64,000 bases of DNA from Escherichia phage RB14. Positions 18,049 through 26,792 of this stretch are shown here, in pieces. A program made the translations under genes and the position numbers. Position 1 is the first letter of the stretch. Every line of letters starts with the position of its first letter. Below the pieces are notes generated by a model, which made no database searches, was not told the DNA's origin, and saw only the letters and a program-made list of their open reading frames with translations. The stretch lies in sequence record NC_012638.1; one strand, given 5' to 3'.

Positions 18049-18768
18049 TTACGATTCTTCTAAATGTCTTTTCTGAAAAGTTGATACCATACTACGATAC
18101 GGTTCATTTGGATACCCATGTTTTATAGCTTCCTTTGTAAATTTTCTCCATCCATATTTAGTTTCTTTCCAAAGCTCGAATAATTCATCTTCATATTGCC
18201 ATATAGTTAAATGAGAACGCTTTGCAGCTTTAATTCCATTAATATGCTTTTCTTTTACTACAGGATTGCTTAGTTTCTTTTTAATAATATTACTAACTTT
18301 TCTAACAAAAACTGGGTCCTTATATCGTTGAGAAGTTTTTATTGAAGTGTTTAATTTAGCTTCCGGCGTGGATGTAACCTCTTTCATCTTTTTCTTCATA
18401 TGCTGTATATGATTAGGATTTTTCCATAAATTTATAGAATGCTTTTTGCATTTTATCCTAGTTTCATCTGCAACCTTTCCTCCTTCACCCCCGTATGACA
18501 GGTTAACACAGTTTTTTCCATATTTCAATTTACCTGCCATGATATATAATATTTCAGCTTGTACCATTTTATCATAATTATCAAAAACTTCTAAAACCGT
18601 TTTTGATAATATGTGGTCATTTGACACTTTTACACGTTCTATATAATTTCCACTACCAACATACGAATCATTGATGTTATTAGTTATATGTCGACCATAA
18701 TAGTATTTCTTAATACCTGTCTTTAAATTTAATATTTCAGTTTTATAGATAGTAAAATATTTTTTCAT
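18049..18768 (-). CDS. GIY-YIG (Seg-like) homing endonuclease
   Basis: 239 aa; N-terminal FTIYKTEILNLKTGIKKYYYGRHITNNINDSYVGSGNY resembles the Seg-family GIY...YIG core; basic C-terminal half. Confidence 0.6.
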   Translation of the reverse strand: MKKYFTIYKTEILNLKTGIKKYYYGRHITNNINDSYVGSGNYIERVKVSNDHILSKTVLEVFDNYDKMVQAEILYIMAGKLKYGKNCVNLSYGGEGGKVADETRIKCKKHSINLWKNPNHIQHMKKKMKEVTSTPEAKLNTSIKTSQRYKDPVFVRKVSNIIKKKLSNPVVKEKHINGIKAAKRSHLTIWQYEDELFELWKETKYGWRKFTKEAIKHGYPNEPYRSMVSTFQKRHLEES

Positions 18769-19733
18769 TTTAATAATACCGTTTCAGCAATTTCTTCCCA
18801 ATGATTTTTGTCGGTCATAATAAAGTCAGCAAGATAAAGAGCAGTACGCAGTGAAACATTGCGTAAACGATTAACATTGACTTTCATCCATGATAATGCT
18901 TTATAAGTTTCTTCATCAGAAAGACCGCGCTTTTGCATCATGTCGGTTGAAAGAATAACATCTTCAACCCTGACCATAATTTCTTCATTAGTGTGAACAC
19001 CCAAATCCAAATAAACTGAGCGGGACACTAATGCTTGTAAATGTGGAGCAAGTTTAGTACCACGGTCTAATTCGCGGTCAATGTCAACGTTTGTGATAAA
19101 AACAATCGTTCCTTTAAATTCAAACTCACGCTCAATGCCTTTTTCTTCTAAGTAAGAAGATGCAGTGCTCCAGCAGACTTTACGGGTCTCTCCAGTGTCC
19201 AGAGCAGCTTTTAGAAGATTAAGAATGTCCATATCAGAGAAAACATCCACATCATCAATCAAAAGGACAGAATTCTCTTCACGATTATTCCAAAGCTGTT
19301 CATAAAGACCGATACCAGAGATTTTACCATTAATGCTTTTATATTCAATGTATCCAATATCATTTGCTTTATTTAAAGCTTTATCCAAAGAATACGTTTT
19401 ACCAATACCTGCTGCTCCCGAGATAATTAATGAACGAATGTTTCCGTTAATAATACCATTCGTCATCATTCCCATAACATTAAATCTTTTATTAATGCGG
19501 GTTTTCATATCTTCATATGATTCTTTAACTTCTTCAACTTTTACGCCATCATATGAAATGTCTGATTTGTAAACCCAAACACCGCGACGTTTACCGTCAA
19601 TTTCAACAAAAACTTTACCATCTCCTTGTGCATCTACCGGAGCATTATCCGGGAACCATTCGCCTAAGAGCTCAAAAGTTCCAGAGATTTCTTTACCGAA
19701 GTAGATACCCTTATTGATAGTTACAGTTTTCAT
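18765..19733 (-). CDS. P-loop ATPase (AAA-like)
   Basis: 322 aa from ATG at 19733; Walker A GAAGIGKT, Walker B VLLIDDVD; early promoter upstream. Confidence 0.6.
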   Translation of the reverse strand: MKTVTINKGIYFGKEISGTFELLGEWFPDNAPVDAQGDGKVFVEIDGKRRGVWVYKSDISYDGVKVEEVKESYEDMKTRINKRFNVMGMMTNGIINGNIRSLIISGAAGIGKTYSLDKALNKANDIGYIEYKSINGKISGIGLYEQLWNNREENSVLLIDDVDVFSDMDILNLLKAALDTGETRKVCWSTASSYLEEKGIEREFEFKGTIVFITNVDIDRELDRGTKLAPHLQALVSRSVYLDLGVHTNEEIMVRVEDVILSTDMMQKRGLSDEETYKALSWMKVNVNRLRNVSLRTALYLADFIMTDKNHWEEIAETVLLK

Positions 19734-19767
19734 TTTATTCTCCAAATCCGTATCAGTTGATAGTTGT

Positions 19768-19797
19768 ATAGTACCATAAAGCTTTATGCTTGTAAAC
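19768..19797 (-). promoter_or_regulatory. Early promoter
   Basis: Minus strand GTTTACA-N17-TACTAT; leader ACAACTATCAACT...GGAGAATAAA. Confidence 0.6.
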
Positions 19798-19820
19798 CGT
19801 TTTGTGAAAAATTTTTGAAA

Positions 19821-19845
19821 TAAAAAAGGGAGCCCGAAGGCTCCC
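19821..19845 (-). terminator. Rho-independent terminator
   Basis: GGGAGCC-UUCG-GGCUCCC then UUUUUUA. Confidence 0.7.
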
Positions 19846-19847
19846 TA

Positions 19848-20861
19848 TCATTTATAATAACTTCGATGGTTTTTAAGATAGACCTTCTCAAGGAAGTCAT
19901 CCCAGAAACCCATGTCTACTTTTTGCTGCATACCGTTCTTAGAAGCTTCAATAGATGCTGCTTCTACTTGATCGACCACATCTTCCAAAAACTCTTGAAC
20001 GGTTTTAAATGGATGTTTACCCAACTTCACGTCGAGAATAAATGGAGCATCTTGGAGTGGATAAACCAAGTCACCAGTTTTGTAAATTTCCAATAGTTGG
20101 AGTCCACCACGACAAGCATGACTCAAAGCTTTCCAGTCAATGCCTTCATTGGCTTCGGCCTTACGGGCACGTTCACCATATTCAGCATCTAATTTGTTCA
20201 GTGACTGCTTAAGCTCAATAAGAGAAAGCGTCGTCTGATATTTACGACCCAACACAGTGTAGAACGTTTGTGGGCCTGTTTTCTCATGATTATGGAACAC
20301 CCATTCACAGAATTCGTTTTCTGGAAGACGATGCTTAATATCTTCAACTTTAGTGCGACGCTGCTTAATAGAACCATCTTCTTGGTAATCAACCCATTGC
20401 TCAGGGATTTGATTAACTACTTTCAATACATCACGTAATGCAGCCAAACGAGAACCCTTGACACCGTATTTAGAAGCTTGCTTGCGGACATATCCTAAAT
20501 ATGATTTCATGTTAGTCGTATAAAAACGAGAACGGTTGTCTTGAATAAACTTCCACACATCAGGCAAATCAGATTTAACCACTAGTTCAGGTGGAGTGTG
20601 AAGCATATCTAATGCTACGGTTTCACCATCTGCTGCTAATTTAAAGAAATATTTAAGACTGTATAGTTCATGGTCAATATCATCTTTAGTGTTTTTAGAT
20701 GATGTGTTGTTGGTATTTTTACTCATATGCTCTTTAACATTTCCGATAAGAATATCACGAGCAGGAGGAACAAAGATTTCTTTAAAATCTACATCAGATT
20801 CTGGAGTAGAAGTTCCATAAAGATGACTACCAAAATAGCTTTTCATTACTGTTTTCATCAT
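19848..20861 (-). CDS. Pol-beta superfamily nucleotidyltransferase-fold protein
   Basis: 337 aa; N-terminal GS-x10-DVD (YFGSHLYGTSTPESDVDF) and downstream VALDML acidic site. Confidence 0.55.
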   Translation of the reverse strand: MMKTVMKSYFGSHLYGTSTPESDVDFKEIFVPPARDILIGNVKEHMSKNTNNTSSKNTKDDIDHELYSLKYFFKLAADGETVALDMLHTPPELVVKSDLPDVWKFIQDNRSRFYTTNMKSYLGYVRKQASKYGVKGSRLAALRDVLKVVNQIPEQWVDYQEDGSIKQRRTKVEDIKHRLPENEFCEWVFHNHEKTGPQTFYTVLGRKYQTTLSLIELKQSLNKLDAEYGERARKAEANEGIDWKALSHACRGGLQLLEIYKTGDLVYPLQDAPFILDVKLGKHPFKTVQEFLEDVVDQVEAASIEASKNGMQQKVDMGFWDDFLEKVYLKNHRSYYK

Positions 20862-21319
20862 TCAGCCTTATATTCAATAACAGGACATACTTTAGCTTTA
20901 CGAGCTTTTAAAAATTCAACGATAACCGATTTCTTGGGTTGAATAGGAGGTAAACCTTTATACGCCCTATCAATATTTTCTACGTGTAAAGCATAATCCT
21001 TTTTCCATTTATAATCTTTATATTTTTCACGCAAATGTGCAGGAATAACAAATGAACCGATAATAAGTAAAACAACCAAAAGCGCAAGTATAAATGCTGA
21101 TGGAAGCAAAGTCCATAAACTACCGAAAATAAGCCAACGTTGTAGGCTTTCTACACAAATAATTGTTAGCCCTACGAGTATAGCACATCCAAAAATAGAA
21201 ACGAAAAATGTAGGAATGGCAATAGACCAAAAATATGCGCATAGTGTCTTAGGTCGTTGCCATTCATCGTTAAACAATTTGAATAATTTATAATGCCAAG
21301 AGTTTTCATTAATAATCAT
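20858..21319 (-). CDS. membrane protein
   Basis: 153 aa; two or three hydrophobic helices. Confidence 0.5.
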   Translation of the reverse strand: MIINENSWHYKLFKLFNDEWQRPKTLCAYFWSIAIPTFFVSIFGCAILVGLTIICVESLQRWLIFGSLWTLLPSAFILALLVVLLIIGSFVIPAHLREKYKDYKWKKDYALHVENIDRAYKGLPPIQPKKSVIVEFLKARKAKVCPVIEYKAE

Positions 21320-21321
21320 AA

Positions 21322-21843
21322 TTATCCTTTCATTGAAGGCGTAACGGTTGTTAAATACTTAATCATAGCTTCAGCTTCTGATTTTGATAATGAAATTTCT
21401 CCATTGTTTTGACGAATAGAAATAAAATCTGGATGACGGTCACCACCAGCTTTTAAAACACACATATAAGTATCAACTTCGCCTTCAATATTTGAAATGA
21501 TTGAAGCAGTTCCACATGAATGTGGTTTTTGATAAATCAATACAGCTTTTCTTCCACCGTTTGACTGTTCATAGGCTTTTAATACATCAAGCAAATCAGT
21601 TCTTTTATCAATAGCTAAAATGTTATTTTCATCTTCAATGTTAAATCCTTCGGATACTTCATAAAGTGTTACCCATAAATCACCAATGTCAATAACAGCA
21701 TTTACGTTTCCACGGCTTTCAAGAGTATGACAAATTTTCTTGATTTCGTCATAACTCATTTTAATAATATCATCTCCTTGAATAAGAAAGATGTCATTTT
21801 TAAATTCAACACGAATTAAACCACTTCCACTTGAAATAAACAT
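21322..21843 (-). CDS. hypothetical protein
   Basis: ORF track 173 aa. Confidence 0.5.
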   Translation of the reverse strand: MFISSGSGLIRVEFKNDIFLIQGDDIIKMSYDEIKKICHTLESRGNVNAVIDIGDLWVTLYEVSEGFNIEDENNILAIDKRTDLLDVLKAYEQSNGGRKAVLIYQKPHSCGTASIISNIEGEVDTYMCVLKAGGDRHPDFISIRQNNGEISLSKSEAEAMIKYLTTVTPSMKG

Positions 21844-21998
21844 ATTTCCTCACTTTGAAATCATAGTTGGAATGACAGAATCAAGATAAGTCTTTAGTGC
21901 AATAGCTTCGTCTTTGGTAAATGTGACAATATGCGCTCGAAAATCATCAATTTGACGAATAGTTAAGACATCTCCATCTTCATAACATTTTGATACGT

Positions 21999-22403
21999 TT
22001 AAACAGTTTCATCATTCTGATCGCAAGCGTTAGTAATAATAGCATTGCAATTTTTAAGCCATTTTAAACTATGTTTTCTTTCATTAGAATAATAAAAATA
22101 TTTAATCTTAGTTATAAAATTATCCCAATTATTAATTGATAAGCATATTGACTCGCTTTCAATATTAAATCCTGGGCATAAAGAATAAAAATGAATTTTA
22201 TGCTCATCATTAATGCTTACAATTTTATCAGTATAAGGATTTTCAATTTTGGTTAAATGAATGATTTCACTAGGCGTAAAATACAGCATATCGTCTTCTT
22301 GTGTCAAACGATACATATTATTTACTTTTTCTATAGCCAATTCACCAAAAAGTGAACTAACTTCTAATACTAATCGTTTCATATTAATCCTTTTTAATGG
22401 CAT
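21999..22403 (-). CDS. hypothetical protein
   Basis: ORF track 134 aa. Confidence 0.45.
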   Translation of the reverse strand: MPLKRINMKRLVLEVSSLFGELAIEKVNNMYRLTQEDDMLYFTPSEIIHLTKIENPYTDKIVSINDEHKIHFYSLCPGFNIESESICLSINNWDNFITKIKYFYYSNERKHSLKWLKNCNAIITNACDQNDETV

Positions 22404-22662
22404 GAATTTGTTCTAAAATTTTAGAGTATTCCTTTATATCAGATTTACGTACAATCGATACACTATAAGGCATACTATCGGTGTCTTTTATAAAGCGTTC
22501 CAAATGACACTCTAACAAAATTTCTGGATTATAAATCGTGTACATCAAATTACCTGTTGCTCCACGATATTGACAGATTTCTACTGATTGAGCATCATTC
22601 CACAATTTTGTTAAGACTAAATCACCTACTTCTAATTTAGGAAAGCCCATGTTATTCACCAA
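22384..22662 (-). CDS. hypothetical protein
   Basis: ORF track 92 aa. Confidence 0.45.
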   Translation of the reverse strand: MVNNMGFPKLEVGDLVLTKLWNDAQSVEICQYRGATGNLMYTIYNPEILLECHLERFIKDTDSMPYSVSIVRKSDIKEYSKILEQIHAIKKD

Positions 22663-22837
22663 TTAAAGTTTCAATATAAGAATCAAGATTTACTTTAGCT
22701 TCTTCCATAAGAGTTTTGTATTTAATCTTGTTAGCATGTCCGGAGAAAGCTAATTCATCAATAACTGTTGCTGTATGAACAGCTTTGCTATATGTTTCAA
22801 TTAATTCTCTTAATTTAAAAGCCTGCTCACTTGTCAT
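22652..22837 (-). CDS. small helical protein, TxEQ family member
   Basis: 61 aa from ATG at 22837 (track start is GTG); MTSEQAFKL...YIETLIGE. Confidence 0.45.
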   Translation of the reverse strand: MTSEQAFKLRELIETYSKAVHTATVIDELAFSGHANKIKYKTLMEEAKVNLDSYIETLIGE

Positions 22838-22969
22838 CACATACTCCTCTGAATCATATCAATAATGTTATTCACCAGATTATAGGTAAACAAAGGATAA
22901 TTATATTGAATCATCACATACACAACAAACAAAACTTTCATTCTCTTCTCCTTGGCAGTTGACAAGATT

Positions 22970-22999
22970 ACTATACCATAACCTTGCCAACTTGTAAAC
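22970..22999 (-). promoter_or_regulatory. Early promoter
   Basis: Minus strand GTTTACA-N17-TATAGT. Confidence 0.5.
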
Positions 23000-23001
23000 C
23001 A

Positions 23002-23175
23002 TTAAATGACGTTTTCGATAAAATTCTGAAGCTTTGTATGAGCATCAACCATGATTTTCATTTCTTCTTTGGCGAAAGCTGTACCTCTTTCCCGAGAAGA
23101 ACATTCATAGTCAGAAACTGCGTTAGCATATTCTTCAATTAGTTTCATTAAAAACATCTGCTTTTCAGTTTTCAT
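23002..23175 (-). CDS. small helical protein, possible TxEQ family member
   Basis: Manually read 57-aa ORF MKTEKQMFLMKLIEEY... Confidence 0.35.
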   Translation of the reverse strand: MKTEKQMFLMKLIEEYANAVSDYECSSRERGTAFAKEEMKIMVDAHTKLQNFIENVI

Positions 23176-23359
23176 TATTCCACCTAATCATTTCAAGATA
23201 TTGAACTAGCTTAGCTTTAGATTTATCCAAATCCTTTTTAGCTGCTTCTATACCGTCGTATGAATATCCTTCACAATGCTCAACTGCTAATTGATATGAA
23301 TCTATTTCAATATCACGTGCTAATTTAATGATTTTTTCAAACTGTTCGCGTGTTAGCAT
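23165..23359 (-). CDS. small helical protein, TxEQ family member
   Basis: 64 aa MLTREQFEKIIKL...LVQYLEMI. Confidence 0.45.
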   Translation of the reverse strand: MLTREQFEKIIKLARDIEIDSYQLAVEHCEGYSYDGIEAAKKDLDKSKAKLVQYLEMIRWNNEN

Positions 23360-23361
23360 AC

Positions 23362-23565
23362 TTACACTCTCGTATTATGATCGATAATTTCATCAAGAAA
23401 CATATCTAACGCTTCTATAGCATTATCCACTTTAGTTTCAAAGTCTTTAATGCCTTTATTCGAAATACCCGATGAATACCAAGCAAAGTCAATCAGCTCT
23501 TCATCTGCTTTGCGAATTGAAGCCACTAATTCCTTGATTTTATCCGCTTGCTCTACACTAACCAT
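23362..23565 (-). CDS. small helical protein, TxEQ-like
   Basis: 67 aa from ATG at 23565 ([13 protein letters not shown]...). Confidence 0.45.
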   Translation of the reverse strand: MVSVEQADKIKELVASIRKADEELIDFAWYSSGISNKGIKDFETKVDNAIEALDMFLDEIIDHNTRV

Positions 23566-23753
23566 TATTCCACCACATATGAAAGAGAGAATATTGCACA
23601 CGCCATATGAGTTGCAACTTCATCACACATATTATAACGTTTCTTAAGAAGTTCTACAAGTTCTTCACTGGTAACTTCATCCATGTCGACGAAAAAATCA
23701 CCATTAATGATGACGTAGATATTTCCTTCTTGATTAAGTGCTTCAATTTTCAT
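23565..23753 (-). CDS. small hypothetical protein
   Basis: 62 aa from ATG at 23753; track N-terminus translates promoter/leader. Confidence 0.45.
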
Positions 23754-23781
23754 GATGTTCTCCTCTTTATCCGATGGTTGT

Positions 23782-23811
23782 ATAGTACCACGGCTCAAAC
23801 GAAAAGTAAAC
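23782..23811 (-). promoter_or_regulatory. Early promoter
   Basis: Minus strand GTTTAC-N18-TACTAT; follows hairpin terminator. Confidence 0.55.
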
Positions 23812-23820
23812 CGGTAAAAT

Positions 23821-23843
23821 GAAAAAAGTCTCCCGAAGGAGAC
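23821..23843 (-). terminator. Rho-independent terminator
   Basis: GUCUCC-UUCG-GGAGAC then UUUUUUC. Confidence 0.7.
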
Positions 23844-23848
23844 TAATG

Positions 23849-24235
23849 CTATTCGAGGGAAAGAAGATATTTACTTTGGTAAAACATTCCAGTAATATCA
23901 TCTATCGTGCTTTGGATGGCTGGAGGCATTTCTTTATAAATGCTGTTAGATTGGTCTAGTATGCGATCAATCATTTTAATTGTGTCGGTAGGAAGTTTAC
24001 TGGCATCTGGAATTGAAGGCGTGTATTTTCTACCAGAATACCCCAAATATTGCTCACCAAATTTATCAATCAAATCTGGCAACTCGGAGAAAATAAAATC
24101 GTATGCTTTGTGTCTAGCATAACTTTTAGTTTCAAAATGTGCAGAATGAAAATAAGCTTGTGCAGCCATTAATAAACCTAAGTATTCATCTGCCTTTGAA
24201 GGTTTTCCACTTTGTGAAAAGTCGCTGAATTTCAT
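23849..24235 (-). CDS. hypothetical protein (rI.1 position)
   Basis: ORF track 128 aa; downstream of rI. Confidence 0.5.
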
Positions 24236-24525
24236 TCAGTCTCCAATTTAATGTTCATAATTCTAGCGTATGATTGTGCCATCTCCGCGCCTCGTTCTAT
24301 ACATTCAAAATCAGAAGAGCACGGGTCATTTTTATAGGTCGTTCTCATAAAACTATAGAATTGTTCAGACGATTCTACGCTTTTATTTTCAAAAAGTGTA
24401 TAAACGTGCCTAATACCAGATTCCATAAATTTATCAAAATGAGGATCGACATTCGCTTCAATCGATGGAGATAAAACAAATGACAATCCTAGCATGGCAA
24501 AAAGTGCCGTTGCTTTTAAGGCCAT
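24232..24525 (-). CDS. rI: Lysis-inhibition regulator RI (antiholin)
   Basis: 97 aa; N-terminal signal-anchor MALKATALFAMLGLSFVLSPS; position next to tk. Confidence 0.8.
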   Translation of the reverse strand: MALKATALFAMLGLSFVLSPSIEANVDPHFDKFMESGIRHVYTLFENKSVESSEQFYSFMRTTYKNDPCSSDFECIERGAEMAQSYARIMNIKLETE

Positions 24526-24537
24526 AAAGGCCTCCTA

Positions 24538-24750
24538 TCATTTTTGTCCTGTATTTACTTTATGCCGATGCACGGCCTTAACTTTATCAAGGTATTTTTC
24601 AAAATTTCGCAATCTAGTATAGTCTGCCGGAGATTGGTTGAGCGATACTTCTCGACGCAAAGCTGAAATGATATTTCCAACTTCCCTACGAATTTCATCT
24701 AATTGAAGCACAGTAAGATTGCGAAGTTGCTTTTCAGTTAATTGTAGCAT
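24538..24750 (-). CDS. hypothetical protein (rI.-1 position)
   Basis: ORF track 70 aa; TATAAATA late motif upstream. Confidence 0.5.
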
Positions 24751-24775
24751 ATATACCCCTTTAGTTAGATAAACC

Positions 24776-24783
24776 TATTTATA
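24776..24783 (-). promoter_or_regulatory. Late promoter motif TATAAATA
   Basis: Exact TATAAATA on minus strand upstream of ORF 24538..24750 and rI. Confidence 0.45.
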
Positions 24784-24792
24784 ACTTTTGCA

Positions 24793-25374
24793 CTAACCGA
24801 GCTTTTTAGTTAATTCATTCCAATGTTTTCTACACAAAGAAACATAAATTTCATCACCAATACAGATTTGATTACCTTCTTTAACTGGTGTTCCATCTTC
24901 CATTAATCGAGCTGTCATAATCGCTTTTTTACCGCAATGACAAACTGCTTTTAGTTCAATAAGTTTATCTGCAATCGCTAAAAGTTCTTTAGAACCTTCA
25001 AACAATTTTCCAGCGAAATCAGTCCTTAATCCATAAGCCATAACAGGAACATTATATGTATCAACAATTCGGCTCAATTGATGCACTTGTTCAGTTTTTA
25101 AAAACTGAGCTTCATCTACAAATACGCAATGAATATCTTTTTGTGCTTCAGCCCATTTATAGAACTCGAAAATATCCATATCATCTGTAATAATATTCGC
25201 TTCCTGCTTAATTCCAATGCGAGAAACAACTTCACAGACAGAATCGCGAGTATCAATAGCAGGCTTAAGAACTAATACACTCATTCCACGTTCTTTATAA
25301 TTATGTGCAGCAGTCAAAAGAGAAGCAGATTTTCCAGCATTCATTGCTGCATAAGTAAAAATTAAACTCGCCAT
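24793..25374 (-). CDS. tk: Thymidine kinase
   Basis: 193 aa; P-loop AMNAGKS; C-terminal Cys pairs CHCG / C..C. Confidence 0.93.
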   Translation of the reverse strand: MASLIFTYAAMNAGKSASLLTAAHNYKERGMSVLVLKPAIDTRDSVCEVVSRIGIKQEANIITDDMDIFEFYKWAEAQKDIHCVFVDEAQFLKTEQVHQLSRIVDTYNVPVMAYGLRTDFAGKLFEGSKELLAIADKLIELKAVCHCGKKAIMTARLMEDGTPVKEGNQICIGDEIYVSLCRKHWNELTKKLG

Positions 25375-25375
25375 T

Positions 25376-25564
25376 TTAGTCCTTAGTTAAATTTTCTAAA
25401 TATGTTTCTAAATCATTTTCAGCTTTATCGATAGATTTTACTAATTCGTAATATGTTTCGGCATCTCCATAATCAGAAGATAATTCAAAAGACAAATCCT
25501 TTTCTAAACTAATAATTTCACCAACTAAAAATAATATTTCGTTCTTTTGTTCGCGAGTAATCAT
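25376..25564 (-). CDS. small helical protein, TxEQ family member
   Basis: 62 aa MITREQKNEILFL...TYLENLTKD. Confidence 0.45.
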   Translation of the reverse strand: MITREQKNEILFLVGEIISLEKDLSFELSSDYGDAETYYELVKSIDKAENDLETYLENLTKD

Positions 25565-25746
25565 AAAGAATTTATATAATCAATGAGTTCTTGTTCTTTA
25601 TTATCGAATTCTTTAGAAAGTTCTTCGTATTCATTTGCATTAAAAGGACCGCATTCATCACAAACTTTTTCCAATTCACTGTTTTTATCCATAACTTCGT
25701 GGATAAGAGAAAAGAGTTTGTCTTTTTGTTCTTTGCTTAAACTCAT
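25561..25746 (-). CDS. small helical protein, TxEQ family member
   Basis: 61 aa MSLSKEQKDKLFSL...LIDYINSL. Confidence 0.45.
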   Translation of the reverse strand: MSLSKEQKDKLFSLIHEVMDKNSELEKVCDECGPFNANEYEELSKEFDNKEQELIDYINSL

Positions 25747-25748
25747 AT

Positions 25749-25916
25749 ATTAATTTCCAAAAGTTTTAAAATAATTCGCTTTTGCTTAAATATTTCCACA
25801 GTTAAATGATCAGTATCTTTTTGACCAATTCCAATGGCAAAACCTTTATTAACAGCGAGTTCAATTAAATTATCAAGTTCACGTAACACTTCATATTGTA
25901 ACTCAGAACTATTCAT
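25749..25916 (-). CDS. small hypothetical protein (55 aa)
   Basis: Manually read ORF MNSSELQYEVLRELDNLIEL...; ATGA overlaps on both sides. Confidence 0.35.
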
Positions 25917-26125
25917 TTCGGTTTACCTTCTTTAACGAAATCTGGATAAGGATAAAATCCCGAATAAAATCCTTCACCTTTATGATTGATACATCCTTTA
26001 TTAGAACAATAGCACCAATAATCGAAATCACAAGCCATTTCATCGTTGCATAAAGCAAAAACAACCGGCCATTTACACTTTTCACAGTGGGCATTTTTAA
26101 GAATACTAGTTTGGCTCATAACCAT
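25913..26125 (-). CDS. Cys-rich small protein (probable zinc binding)
   Basis: 70 aa with 9 Cys (CEKCKW...CNDEMACDFDYWCYCSNKGC). Confidence 0.5.
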   Translation of the reverse strand: MVMSQTSILKNAHCEKCKWPVVFALCNDEMACDFDYWCYCSNKGCINHKGEGFYSGFYPYPDFVKEGKPK

Positions 26126-26343
26126 GTCACCTTTAAGCAGTATTCTTCTACATGCTGTTTACGACCTTTCTTATCAATAAAGGTATATTCAACGAATGTT
26201 CCAATGTAGTCTTTATCTACATCGTGTGGACTATTAATTGGACATTTAGTACGGCAAATGCGTTCCCATTGACGAATAATTACTGCCTTATTCTTTGGGT
26301 CATACGGATGTGGATAATGTATATTCATAATAATGGTTCCCAA
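26116..26343 (-). CDS. hypothetical protein
   Basis: ORF track 75 aa. Confidence 0.5.
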   Translation of the reverse strand: MGTIIMNIHYPHPYDPKNKAVIIRQWERICRTKCPINSPHDVDKDYIGTFVEYTFIDKKGRKQHVEEYCLKVTWL

Positions 26344-26792
26344 TCAACAATCACAATTTCTAATTTAGAGGAATACGTATCTAAAATATCTTCAATAATA
26401 TCCCAGTTCCCTTTACCTATGCCTGCACCAATCCTAGGCATATAGATTGTAGGTTTAATTAGTTTATTTTCACCAAACTCATTTAATTCTAACATACAAT
26501 TCATTAAAGCGGAATACTCAAAATTTGGCCCTGGTTGAAATTGAGTATAAAGGTTGAAGCAATACGCTTTATGAGTCCTAAAGTATTTTTCATAGACTGA
26601 ATAAGAACCGAGTTTAGTTACATCACCCCATTCAGTCTGTAATTTATCAGCTTCCAAAATTTTAGGGAAAGCTTTGGTTAATTGACCCGCTACGCCTGAA
26701 CCCATAGTATGAAAACAATTGCATCCATGCGCAATATTTTTACCTTCAGCGAAAAGGGCGACAATATCGCCCTTGATATATTTTACAATCAT
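26325..26792 (-). CDS. Macrodomain protein, TARG1/DarG-like
   Basis: 155 aa; IKGDI...NIAHGCNCFHTMGSGVAGQL...KAF and YMPRIGAGIGKGNW match the OARD1/TARG1-type macrodomain pattern. Confidence 0.65.
   Translation of the reverse strand: MIVKYIKGDIVALFAEGKNIAHGCNCFHTMGSGVAGQLTKAFPKILEADKLQTEWGDVTKLGSYSVYEKYFRTHKAYCFNLYTQFQPGPNFEYSALMNCMLELNEFGENKLIKPTIYMPRIGAGIGKGNWDIIEDILDTYSSKLEIVIVDWEPLL

Noticed and set aside
22840-22955. 35-aa ORF (MKVLFVVYVMIQ...) in the leader between promoter 22970..22999 and ORF 22652..22837
   Set aside because: Possible leader peptide, but hydrophobic low-complexity translation of AT-rich DNA and no SD; not reported as a gene
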